Source: Convolutriloba macropyga
Lineage: Eukaryota
Reading direction: 5' to 3'
DNA: 64,000 nt
NCBI RefSeq assembly: GCF_964194025.1
Contig: NC_134469.1
Coordinates: 51,770,001-51,834,000, forward strand
Under the pieces are notes generated by a model. That model saw only the letters and a program-made list of their open reading frames with translations, did no database searches and was not told where the DNA came from. This document shows, piece after piece, positions 51,189-62,169 of this stretch; the stretch's first letter is position 1, and the number at the start of each line of letters is the position of its first letter. The position numbers and the translations under genes were made by a program.

Positions 51189-51700
51189 AGTATCCGGCAG
51201 GTTGCCGAAAAATAGCCGCCGTCGACCCGCTTGACGCCCATTGGTATTGAAACAGAAAAGGAAAAATATTATAAAACGGCAGAATTTTTCTAAGTGTCAA
51301 AATTTTTGTGTTGTCAAAATTTGTTGTGCGAAATCTGCATATTCGGTTAGATTCTAAAATTACACTTAATTCGGCTTCTAAATTTAACGCTATTAACCAT
51401 AGTACTAATGTCAGGTGGCAATCGCTTTAATGAACTTTGATCACCTAATGCACTATGACTTAAAGACTGGGCTTTACATGCTTAGCCTGTTTCTTTTCAT
51501 CGTTTGATTTTGCTCTTTTGACTTCGAACGTATTCACTACATAGCGTAATTAATGCGTGAAAGAATTTAAAATCCATTCAGTTGAAACAGTGAGTGAGGT
51601 AAGTCAGAAGTCAAACGTGAAAATTGTGATTCATATAAAAAAACGTGATCAAAACGTAAAGCGCCTAAATAATAGCCGTTGAGAGGATGACGGCGGCTCA
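51189..51700 (-). mobile_element. HINE family C, complete copy
   Basis: Palindrome CGGCA-ggt-TGCCG (51195-51207); subTIRs AATAGCCGCCGTC (51211-51223) / GACGGCGGCT (51689-51698). Confidence 0.78.
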
Positions 51701-52080
51701 AAAATATCCCTCGCTGAAAAAATTTTCACACCTTTTCTCAATCTCTTAGAATGTCCAAAATGTTGCTTGAAAAAAAAACACTCAATTCTCTTTTTCTCCC
51801 ATTTTTCGGTCAGCAGACTAACCCAAACGCTTCTTGTCACGTGCTGTTTTTAACTCCCTGTAAAACAGGTCCTCTAAAATAGAAGTCACCAATTAAAAAA
51901 GATCGCCACAATCAAGAACAATCTAAAACTAACTTTTCATTTCAAACATTGCTTCGATACTCAACTTCAAAAGGGGCGTACGGTATTAGGCGACAGCGCG
52001 ATAAGTTAAAGCCCTTATTCGTAGTCATTAGGCGAAAAAATGAACTAACATTCTGATGATATTAGGCAAAAAGTAATTAA

Positions 52081-52360
52081 AATAGCCGGCAGATTGACGG
52101 AATAGCTACAAAATATACATGCCTGCCGTATAATATAGATAGAAACAGATATAGATTTAACTTGAAATAGTTATTGGCGCTGCTCAAAAAGCTATGTAAA
52201 GAACATTCAGCGATAAATTAATAAAGCTTGTTAAAATTTATTGCGCAGAAGCCTTTTTATTAGGGACCTCAAACTAAATGAAATTAAACCCAAGTTTAAA
52301 AGTGCATAAGTCATTTTTATTGAAAGAGTAAGTCACGCATGATCAAAAACTAATTATGCA
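52081..52360 (-). mobile_element. Partial HINE family D copy
   Basis: Collinear with 44462-44775. Confidence 0.7.
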
Positions 52361-52669
52361 AAGAGGACTAATATCAAAAACTAATCATCAAAAACTAATC
52401 AAGAGGACTAATATTGCTACAAACTACGTATGAGAGCTCTTAATTACCACAAATTTAGTGTAATAAAATAATAAACTCTGAATCGCAAGCTTGAAAAACT
52501 TTTCTTTATGCACAAATTTTATCGTTTCTTTTCCATAGTCTCCTGGAATTATGAGCAAAGATTAATTTCTTCAATGAATATCATTTCAGCCCCGTTATCG
52601 AAAACAGCAATTTCATGTGGCTAAAACTGACCTGATATCCATAGAAATTAATATAGCGTAAACAAACAA

Positions 52670-53346
52670 AAACCGACCAACGTAGGACGAATTGCTCCCG
52701 AAGGATTGGCGAGGCAATCACGAGAAACTTCTATGATGCAAAAAGTCTGACTAGGGAGGGGTTCCAACCCGCGACCTCCCGGATAATACTCCTGGACAGT
52801 AACCCCTAAGCGACATGCGCTATAAACCAGCTTCTCTCACAATCGGTTTTATTTTAGTGACACACTTAATTTATGGATGTTCGCAATTGAAATCACTCAA
52901 TAAACTCAAAAGTCAAGCGTGAAAAAATCACCCGAGAAGTGAAATTCAAAGAAAGCTAAAGAAGAAAACGGTCAAGCAAAAATTTTGCATAGAGAAGACA
53001 CATGTTTACAACAATTGCTTCAATTTTCGTTCGAGACTAACGATGGATGAACTAACGCCGTCCGAATAACGTTGGACGAAATGCTCTGAAACGAGCAGCG
53101 ATCGATTGGCTTAGATAGCAACCAGCTTGAGCTTTGGGAGGCCAGCAGTAGGTGGCGCGATAAGAGGGATTTGAAGCCCGGGGAGATCTTGGGTTTAGTT
53201 GGTTTGCAGCTTCGGTACTTGCCTTTTTATCTCGTTTTTGAGGACGAAAAGTTGCAAGCGTCAGACGAAAAATCAGACAGAAGAACCGCATCAAAAAAGA
53301 CCGCAGGACTAATATAATAGCTATAAATTGTGTTTGAGAGCAATTA
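52670..53346 (-). mobile_element. Two tandem HINE family B copies; the first has a tRNA-like cassette (52751-52821)
   Basis: ccgaccaacgtaggacgaattgctcccgaa...ttcgttcgaga, then ccgaataacgttggacgaaatgctc...tttgagagcaatt. Confidence 0.72.
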
Positions 53347-53416
53347 AAGATTTATTTCTTGATAGGTAGGCAGATAGGTGCTGAGCTTCAAAACCAGTTA
53401 AAAAGCCTAGTCTTAC

Positions 53417-53653
53417 TTTCTATCTCGTTCATATAGGGCAGATCTACATTCGCTTGCGAAGTGCCCCCTTTTCCCACACTTGTGACAGTCGTCGTCAAAC
53501 TTGCCCCTTTCGCCTTGTCTCGCCCATTCGATGATCATATTCCTGCCTAACAGCTCTCGTCTGTGCTCCCGCCGCATGGCCTCTTTCGCATCCTCCCGCT
53601 CGTAGAAGTCCACAAAGGCATAAGCCACTGCCACGCCCACTTTCACATCGCAT
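53417..53653 (-). CDS. Coding exon 2 of the SR protein: rest of the RRM (RNP1 AYAFVDF) and a CCHC zinc knuckle (CHKCGKRGHFASEC)
   Basis: Acceptor ttgatag| at 53654-53656, donor |GTAAGA at 53416; phase 2-2; aligns with the paralog at 57383-58171. Confidence 0.92.
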
Positions 53654-53950
53654 CTATCAATAACTAATTTGATTAGCCACATCAAAATTTCACCTGGATC
53701 ATATGCTTAACAATTTAAACCTCAAAATTTCTCGGAACAACTGAACAATTGCATAACAAATCTAAGATCGTTGTTAAAAAATATTGGCACAAACAGCCTG
53801 AGCTTAAAAAAACAATGTTGTTCAGGAAATAGTATTTTAGCTTAGCTTGTGTAATAATGCAAAACTGAAAAGCTAAAGTTTGAAAACTTATTTTTAACTC
53901 AACATAAATCTAAAACTGAGCTCTTAGAGCAGAATGAGAGCCGAATAAAA

Positions 53951-54350
53951 ACATAACCGACTAACGTCGGGCGAATTGCTCTCAAATGACCGGCGAGAGG
54001 TTGCCTTCGTCAGTAGCTAGCCACAGGTGGGGAGGGGGGCGTCTGTGTACCGAGGGATGATGAGAGTGGGGCAACAGTGGGGGGGGGGGGGGTGTCTTCA
54101 ACCTCTTAAAAACCACCCTTCTCACCATAAATTTAAGTCTCCAAAACAGTTTCTGTGAATAGCGTACTCGGGGACTAGTGAGCTGAAAGGCTCTAAGAGC
54201 ACTTAATGCTCGCTGGGTGCTACCTGTTGCTCCCATTTTTGAGGACGAAAAATCAAATGGGTCAGAGGAAAAATCGGTCAAGCAAAAAATTGCATAAAAA
54301 AGACCGACAGGACTAATATAATTCCTACAAACTTCGTTTGAGAGCAACTA
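53951..54350 (-). mobile_element. HINE family B copy (G-run core) in SR gene intron 1
   Basis: Palindrome CCGAC-taac-GTCGG (53957-53970); subTIRs AATTGCTCTCAAA (53974-53986) / TTTGAGAGCAA (54337-54347). Confidence 0.82.
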
Positions 54351-54498
54351 ACTAACCTAGCAAATTCAAAAAGATTTTACGAAAATTATCAATGCAGGGC
54401 AAAATTAGGTAAGGGGAAACAATTGAAGTAAAAAATGGGAGCGCAATAATAGCCGATTGAAATGACGCCATTGCTAGACAATTTTATATTTGACTGAC

Positions 54499-54605
54499 CT
54501 TATGAGACGTCCATATCTCTCAAAGATATTGCGCAAATCAGACTCCCGAACTTTTTTATTCAGTCGGCCGACAAATAGTTGGTTATCCGAGCCTGTACCG
54601 GCCAT
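54499..54605 (-). CDS. Coding exon 1 of an SR splicing factor (RRM-CCHC-RS, SRSF7/RS2Z-like architecture; 297 aa in total)
   Basis: ATG 54605, MAGTGSDNQLFVGRL (RNP2); donor AG|GTCAGT at 54498; spliced CDS 107+237+550 = 894 nt, in frame. Confidence 0.92.
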
Positions 54606-56169
54606 TAAAACCTGAAACGTATATCCAACACACTTGAAAGTCGCAATTCGTATCACATCATTAACAACCCACGTTAGCAACAACTGCCAATTACCAATTA
54701 ATTGTCAACATTTCTTCTTCCTACACTATGTAGTGATATGGTAGCAGCTCTAACATTATCATTGAGTGAGAAGCTTTTTACACCGCAGGGTTGTTTCCAG
54801 CAGCAGAAAGTGCTATTTTAGAAGTCTGGGTGACTACCATATCAGTACTCTAAGATACAGACAACAATCACACCCTTTGAGCTACCAGTCTGTTTCACTA
54901 AGGGTTCAGGAAGCTGCAGAAGGGTGGATATGTACCCGACATGTACGGCAATTGCGCCTTTCATGACATAGGGTCAATCATGAGGGCCAGCAGTACTTGA
55001 TTGACCACACGGTAGTTTGAAACTGATCCGGTTAAGCGCGTGTGTGTACATGTGGCATTTGGGTTTAGGGTTTGGGTATCACCGGATAAGGACACCAACA
55101 AGAAGAAGGGTATTAACTGCGGGTTTAGCTCCTCGGACCGGATAATCTAAAAATTTTCTATTGTTGTGAAAATGGCAAACGTACCAAAATAGAAATTTTA
55201 TGTCCCACCAATCAGAAATGAAAAAAATTCTGATGTTCGGTTATGACAGTCCTATCAAAACCAACTGTCCACTGAGACATGGCCAAGCCCCATGAGGCAT
55301 GGTCAAACGCTGTAGATTATAGCTTATAGATTTATGCTATTCAAATTTGTTGCCTAATAGGATTCGTTGAAAATTCTTTATTCTGGTATTTATTTATTAA
55401 GAAGTTAGCATATTTGAGAGGATGAGTCAGTTCTATGCAATCGTTTCAACAATGTGTCACAAGAATGATGGAACACTGTTAAGGACTACTTAAAAAAAGA
55501 CTACACTCATCTGATGCAAGTGATCGGTAACTCGAAATCAACAAGTTTGAAAAAACTCATATTTAATTTAAGAGTTGCACTTCACTATTATTGATTTCTA
55601 CGTAACTTTTCCCTAGCAACTTTTTATTTGTAAGATTTCCCGTAGTAACTTTTATAGCTCGACCGCTGTTTAAAACTAAAAAAAGCAACACAAATTGGAT
55701 GAAATGTCATCTTGACAGAATCGTTCTTTACGTGATCTCAATTTTAGAGACTTCATTTCGAGAAAAATGTAAGGCGTAATCCTAGCCCAGCGGTTCAACC
55801 TCCTGTAGTTTTTTTTAACTTGAGCAGTTTTTGGTCTTTAGTTAAGATTGCTTTGATGTAAACTTTATTCCTGAGCGTTGTTTTAGCAAATATCGAGATC
55901 ATCCTGCTCTGAAGACCTAGTTAATTTTAATTTTTTGATGTTTTATTTTTTGAAAAAGAACGCCTAAAGTTTTTCGGGTCTCCTGACAACTTAATTGAAT
56001 TTCAAGAGGACATTTCATAAATCATAACAAAAATTTCATTAAACTTGAAGCGCTTACGATTGAAATAATAGTATTTGATTTCTTAGATCTAGCTACAGGC
56101 AGAAAAATTGGAGTCTTCATCACGTGGAAAAAATGCCACAACGATTTCTGAAAACAACAAGAATATAAA

Positions 56170-56372
56170 TATAAATTATGACTTAATGACCGGGCTTCAT
56201 TGGTCCATCCCGTTTCTTTTGATTCTGCTCTTCCGATATTGACCGTATTCACTACATTGCGTAATTCAATGAGTGAAACAAATTAAATACATTAGTTGAC
56301 ACAGTGAATGAGGTAAATCAGGCGTCAAATGTAAAAATCGTTACTTATGTAAAACTAAAAATGTGATCGAAA
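56170..56372 (-). mobile_element. HINE family C core fragment
   Basis: Similar to 51455-51660 (gtattcactacattgcgtaatt...cagtgaatgaggtaaatcag). Confidence 0.55.
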
Positions 56373-57382
56373 GAAAAGCAAATGAAATACATAGCAGGAC
56401 AAGTCCTGATATTCAATTCAAAAAATTTTATTGACTGAACAAAAAAGCTAGAGACGACTAAGACTTGACTCTGAGAAGCATTTGGAGAAAAAACGATCAA
56501 AAACAGTAAAAACGGAAGTTAAATTGTCGCACGTGAAAAAATCACAATCGAGGTAGCAAACTTTTCAAACACCACTTCCCCATCAACATTAAGATTAGAC
56601 TGAAAAATTTTCTTGCCGCTCACTTTACTTTATAGTCACCAATACAATTAAAATTCTTTGAATTGTAAAGATTCTTTGAATTATAAAAAAGGAAAGCGCC
56701 TAAATAATAGCCACAGAAAAAGAAAGTCATTAAAAAATATCAATAATCATGTTTAAAAACTCCGTTTCAACTGTTTTAGCTAACAGAGCTCAAAAATGAG
56801 CCTGTCATCTCTACAGATTATTATTTGGATACTAATTTCTCATTAAAACATTACTGAGCAACTCATTCTTAGATCCATTTGCTATGCACTGGAATCGCTG
56901 TTATGTTTTTACCAGCTAACTTTTGAAGATTTAGGGCTGTTCGGCTCCAATAGAAATAAACTCTTTGTAGTAGAAAGGTATGATGATAGAGCGGTTTTGG
57001 CAAATAGTACCGGGTGCAATGGCTCAACAGTCGAGGGTCAGTCGGCCCAAAACTGTGATGACAATTGTGTAGAACATTAGGGAGTGCCTAGGGGTATTTT
57101 GACCGCAGATGGGTTTCGGGTGAAATGAGCTCCCATTGAGGGGTGGGCACGCGGGCAACATTCCAATGTGGAACATGGGTTACTTTCTGTCATTAACATA
57201 GGGATGTGAAGCAAAGAGGGGTTTCCTGAAAATAGCCAGAAATAGTTAAAAAGCGTTATATGAAACTGATTTTTTAATTTAAAATGACGAAACAAAAGTT
57301 TACCAAATGCACATCCAAATGAATTTAGACCCAGTTCTCAAGCATATCGGGTCAACTAGGTAGGGACAAATGTAGGTCTCTT

Positions 57383-58171
57383 CTAGTCCTGTGTGTTTGA
57401 CTGAGATTTTGACCTCTCAGGCTTCACATCCATTGAAGAAGCGGTTTCAGTACCATTAGCAGACTTCTCTGCAGTAGCATCAGGTGTTGCGCTTCGATTT
57501 GATTTTGGCGTGATACTTCGAGATTTACTCCGAGAGTTCCTCTCTTCTCTTTTTGGACTTACATCGACAAAATTATCTCCATGAGCTTCGCTTTGCTCAC
57601 TGCCTGAACGGTCGCGTCTCCCACTTTCTGATCGCTCCCTTCTATCATTGCCACGACTGCTGTCTCGTTCCCTCCGGCGATGTTTCGACGATCTTTCACG
57701 ACTTCTCGAATCGTCTCGATCACGTCGACCTCTTGAACTCCGACTTCGCCGTCTTCGTCGAGCACCTCTGTCGTCCGAGGAGCGTCGTCTTCTCCGACGT
57801 TCATGGGACCTAGATCGGCGACGTCTGTCACGTGATCTTGATCTAGACCGTCTTCTACTGCTTCCACTATCTCGTCCACCACTCGCTCGATCCAGCCGAC
57901 CGGCTCGCCTTTTGTATCCTGGTCCTTCATCGTCCTTAGCCCATTCTACAACAATTTTTCTGGCGTGATACTCTCTTCCATTTTCGCGCCTGATCGCATC
58001 TTCAGCGTCGCGTCTGTCAAAATAATTAATAAATGCAAATCCCATTTCTACACCAATCCTAACATCACATCTCGACATCTCACCATATCGCCCAAATATT
58101 GCTCTGACATCACGATCTGTCGTGTTCTTGCCCAAGCGACCCACAAACAGTCGTCCGCCATCTCCCACCAT
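57383..58171 (-). CDS. SR-family splicing factor (RRM + RS domain, no zinc knuckle), uninterrupted CDS, 262 aa
   Basis: Intact ORF: LFVGRL, GFAFINY, RDAEDA, IVVEWAK, then RS repeats; clear paralog of the 54605-38209 gene. Confidence 0.92.
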   Translation of the reverse strand: MVGDGGRLFVGRLGKNTTDRDVRAIFGRYGEMSRCDVRIGVEMGFAFINYFDRRDAEDAIRRENGREYHARKIVVEWAKDDEGPGYKRRAGRLDRASGGRDSGSSRRRSRSRSRDRRRRSRSHERRRRRRSSDDRGARRRRRSRSSRGRRDRDDSRSRERSSKHRRRERDSSRGNDRRERSESGRRDRSGSEQSEAHGDNFVDVSPKREERNSRSKSRSITPKSNRSATPDATAEKSANGTETASSMDVKPERSKSQSNTQD

Positions 58172-58719
58172 TTTATACTAAAACACCGTAAACCATCAAA
58201 CCAAATTGCTCTTCAATTACATCTCTAGAGTATTAAATTAATATGAAATATCTAAACAAATAGTTTACTCGAATTTTTACCATACCATTATGCCTAGGAG
58301 TTTGAACTCGTCATAATACCATCGAAACTTATCAACGCATTGCAAATTTTAACCGCAAACTCATCTTTCGTAAAACGAATTTAAAAAAAAAACAGTAGTA
58401 GTAGAATAGGATTTTAAGATCGTTCTTCTGGTTTTAGCACCCATTCAGTTGTCAAGGTTTGCAAGTTTCTGATTGCTGTTGTAGTTTCCACATTTGAATA
58501 TAATACGCCAAGTACATTTGTTTTCAATGAATGGGGGCTATAGATTGAATGATCACCAAGCTGGTGGTATTGCGGGTGCCATAATTAGAACAACGACAGA
58601 TGTAACGTGAACTGAGCTCAGTGCTGCTTACAGAAAACTGGCAAACTTCTTATAACTTTTCTCTGTAAGTCGGCCTGTCAGTTCTTCTGAATTCAGATCT
58701 ACTAAACTTCTGATCCGAA

Positions 58720-59720
58720 TTAAATTTGTGGCTTTACTTTTGACAACGAGTGTATTAAACTGCATTAAAAAAGCGGAAATCAGCCCTATCTACAAAAAAG
58801 GTGACCCGATGGATGCAACCACCTACCGCCCAAAATCAATCACAAGTGCATTTTCAACTTTTTAGCGGAACCTTTCAAATAACGAATCACGTACAAAAAT
58901 TTGAACTTATAAATCTGCTTTCATTTGGTTTTCCAAAAGCTGTTTCCACAGCCCCTTGTAATATTTTTCATAGAATCAGTTCGTAAAAGTATTGACTCAA
59001 ACAATATTGTCCATACTGCACTTTTGGATCCCTCAAAAGCATTTGATAACATATCTCATGATATCATAATAGCAAAACTAAAAATAATTGGCCTTGATAG
59101 CGATGCACAGAACCTTATAAAACATTCTTTCTAACAGATTTCACGTGTAAAATTAGATTTAATTGACTCCAACTTGATAAATGTGGTCAGAGGTGTACCC
59201 CAAAGAAATTAATTCGGACCTCTCTTTTTCAATTTATATGTAAACGATCTTTGTACAGCTATTGATACTGATGTAACAACGATACAGTTTGCTGATGATT
59301 GCCTAATTTTTGCTTCCAACAGGGATGAAAAGATAGCAAAAATGTCCCTGAAATTAAACATACATAATTTAGCAAGAGAATATCAATTAAATTTGAGTTC
59401 TTCGTAAAAAACAGAGTTCGTTTGCTTCAGCAAACAAAATTATCAGAGAAACAAAACGCAGGATACAAAATTAGTAGATAATAAAGTAATCGAAAAGTAA
59501 AAAAAGGTAAAAATTTAGGACTAATGATTGATAGCAGTCTCAGTTTTGTGAATCATGTTAAACAAAAATTAAAGAAGAAGGCTCAGGGCATAAAAACAAC
59601 AGACTCAATAGGAACTCAACTCCGTACATCATGCTTAGAGGTTTGACTTCGTTCAATTGTTTTGTTAAATCTCAATTTTTTCCCTCTATTTTTTCATGCA
59701 GAGAAGAAGTAATTGTCAAT
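58720..59720 (+). mobile_element. Decayed LINE (CR1/L2-group) reverse transcriptase fragment
   Basis: PIYKKGDP, LLDPSKAFD, GVPQ...GPLFFNLYVNDL, QFADD spread across stops and frameshifts. Confidence 0.85.
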
Positions 59721-60111
59721 TAAAACTTAAATTGAATAAAAAACGAGTTTTTTCGAAAATTGGGTTCGTCCTCGGGTTTAAAAATTAAATGAAATCTTTT
59801 ACAATGTATATAAACTGGTCTTTGACTATAATTCTAAGAACTAATAAAAACTTCGAATTTTTGAAGCTATTTAAATTTAAAATCAAAATTAAAACATTTT
59901 ACAGATTATTACACCAAAATCAATTTTATTCCGGAGTTTTTGAAAATCACGGGTATATTTATTTGATTCCTGAAAAGAAATTTCTACTTTAATTCCTATC
60001 TATCTGTTCTTATTTTCTATTTTTTACATGTTGGGATTTACAAATTTTAGAATTAACAAGTAGCAGAAAATTTTTTGAATTTCAAAAGTCAAATTATTTG
60101 CATTTGATCTA

Positions 60112-61790
60112 TTACTTCAATGCCAATTCCCGCCCCCGGTACTCATCGCGGGTATTAATTTGCGGTTTCAGTTTTTTGATGTAGAGCTCTTTTATTGTCA
60201 TTAGCTTTTTTACCCACCAACTTGTATCAAGAATCTCCCATTCAATATTATGCGCTGTACCACAAAATTCAATGAGGTGCTGTCCCACTGGAGAATCCAT
60301 CTTTTGATGCTCCAAAATTTTTGTGGTAACATTTTGGCTGGTTTGGCCAACATAGGTGGAACTGCACCCACTACATGTAACTTTATAAACCACGTGGGAT
60401 TTCACAATCTAATCAGAGGATGATGTCAGGGTGGGCAAGCAAGTTCTTAGCTTTCTTGTTAGGAAAATGATTTGAATAGCACACAATTTTTTCAGTCTAC
60501 TTGCAAAATTTTGAGTAAAATTTCCTCTGTATTGTACAAACAACCTCGGTTTAGGTTCCGTATTGTTAAGACATTTAACTGGTTTGCGATGTCGTTCATT
60601 TTTTTGGGGGGTAGCTGTATTCTTTTTCGTCGTGACTATTTTATCCAACGTCCCGTTAAAAATACTGGAGGACCACTCAGTTGGATATTTATTTTTAGTA
60701 CAGATCTCTTGATTTTTCGTGAGAGCTACATCAAAGCATTGCCGGTCACTGGTTGCATTAAAATTCCTATGCATAGACCCATGAATCACATTTTTCTTAT
60801 GTTGTAACGGTTTGGTGTCTCAAGAGTGTATTGTAAGTTCTTGTGAAGATAATTTGCATACTCAAGGTAATCTAGAGGGTTCCCCTTGAAGGTGCACACA
60901 ATGTCATCTACATACCTCTTGAATAATTTCAATTTCTATGTGTCCTCTTTTGTATTTTTTCCCGCGCAATAGGAACAAATACAATCATTGTCTTGCATCG
61001 TCTTATACTCTGTGTCAATGATATCTTGGCATTTTGCATGAAACCAGTTTTTGCATGATTCGCACTCGACCCCTTTTCATCGGAAAGTAACGCGTCGGTT
61101 ACAGTTAATGCATATCGCCTTTGTGTCAGGAATTTTGTTCTCCCTTCCCTCATTTGGTTTCTGTAAGGATTTTTCAAAAGATTTCATCCCCAAAGTTACC
61201 AAAATTACAGCCAGCGAAGCACTCATTGCTAAACCATCCGATTGAGTGTACCACATTTTATTACACTTAAAGTGAACATTCGTTACGGCTAGTCGTAAAA
61301 GGCTCTTCCTCGCCGACCTCGGAATCTCAGGTATCTTGTCACTGGAGTACAGTTCTTTAAGCTCAACTTCAATTGCCTCCTCAACCGGTACATTTGTGTA
61401 TAAGCTTTTAAAATCGAGAGATACAACTAGTTCATCGTCATCCAAATTGATGGCCTCTAGAGCGGCTCTGGCATCTTTCGAGTTAGTCTCAATATTTGCA
61501 TCTGGTAACCTCTCGAAAAAGAGAGAGAGAAATTTAATGAGGTTCCCGTAACTGCTACTTGGTATTGACAGAACAAGCCGAAGCGGAGTATCATTTTATG
61601 TACTTTAGCAAGTCCATAAAGCCTGGCCGGCTGCTATCCAGTTGTCCTTATCCTTTGATAAATCTTTTCACCTATATTTCCTTGTTTCATTAATTGGTGC
61701 AAACTGCTATTTATCAGTTTTTCCATTTTTATTCAGTACATTGTTTTTCCGTTTTATCCGTTTTTATTCAGCTATTTTTTCAGCACATTG
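60112..61790 (-). mobile_element. Decayed Penelope-like retroelement (RT + C-terminal GIY-YIG) with an in-frame PHD finger inside the RT
   Basis: LYGLAKVHK..PLR, SLDFKSLYTNVP, QSDGLAMS, RYVDD (60903-60914); GIY-YIG VVYKVTCSGCSSTYVGQT...ELYIKKLKPQIN; PHD cysteines at 60966-61112. Confidence 0.9.
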
Positions 61791-62169
61791 GAAAACCTAT
61801 GAATGACTTCTTTAGGAAAGCAACTAAACTGGGGTCTTAAAAATGTGTTCTTTTGCTCAAATTGCAAATCATCAAGGCGCGTAACAAAAAAAATAGGTGA
61901 CTGGGATCAGACAGAGAATTAATCAACATTCTTTTTTTCTCTGAAAATATATCAAAAAATGCATTCAAAACGACACTGATTTGAACAAGGGCAAAATACA
62001 CTATCAACGAACGTGCTCAAAAAATAATATTCCATGATCACAGATAAGTTTCTTTTCTGGACAAGTTTTTTCCATTCTACGACAAAAAATGGAATTTACA
62101 GCAAATCAACTCGGAGATTTCAAAAACAAGCATCAATGTGTTCAGAAAATTGTTAATGAAGCACAACAC

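Noticed and set aside
54972-55006. Hairpin GGTCAATCA-N17-TGATTGACC upstream of the SR gene
   Set aside because: A single 9-bp stem with no second copy or recognisable ncRNA motifs; could arise by chance.
55058-55076. Telomere-like tttgggtttagggtttggg
   Set aside because: Only about three imperfect units; insufficient for an interstitial telomere call.
57553-58228. Overlapping ORFs around the intronless SR gene
   Set aside because: Antisense or frame shadows of the RS-rich CDS.
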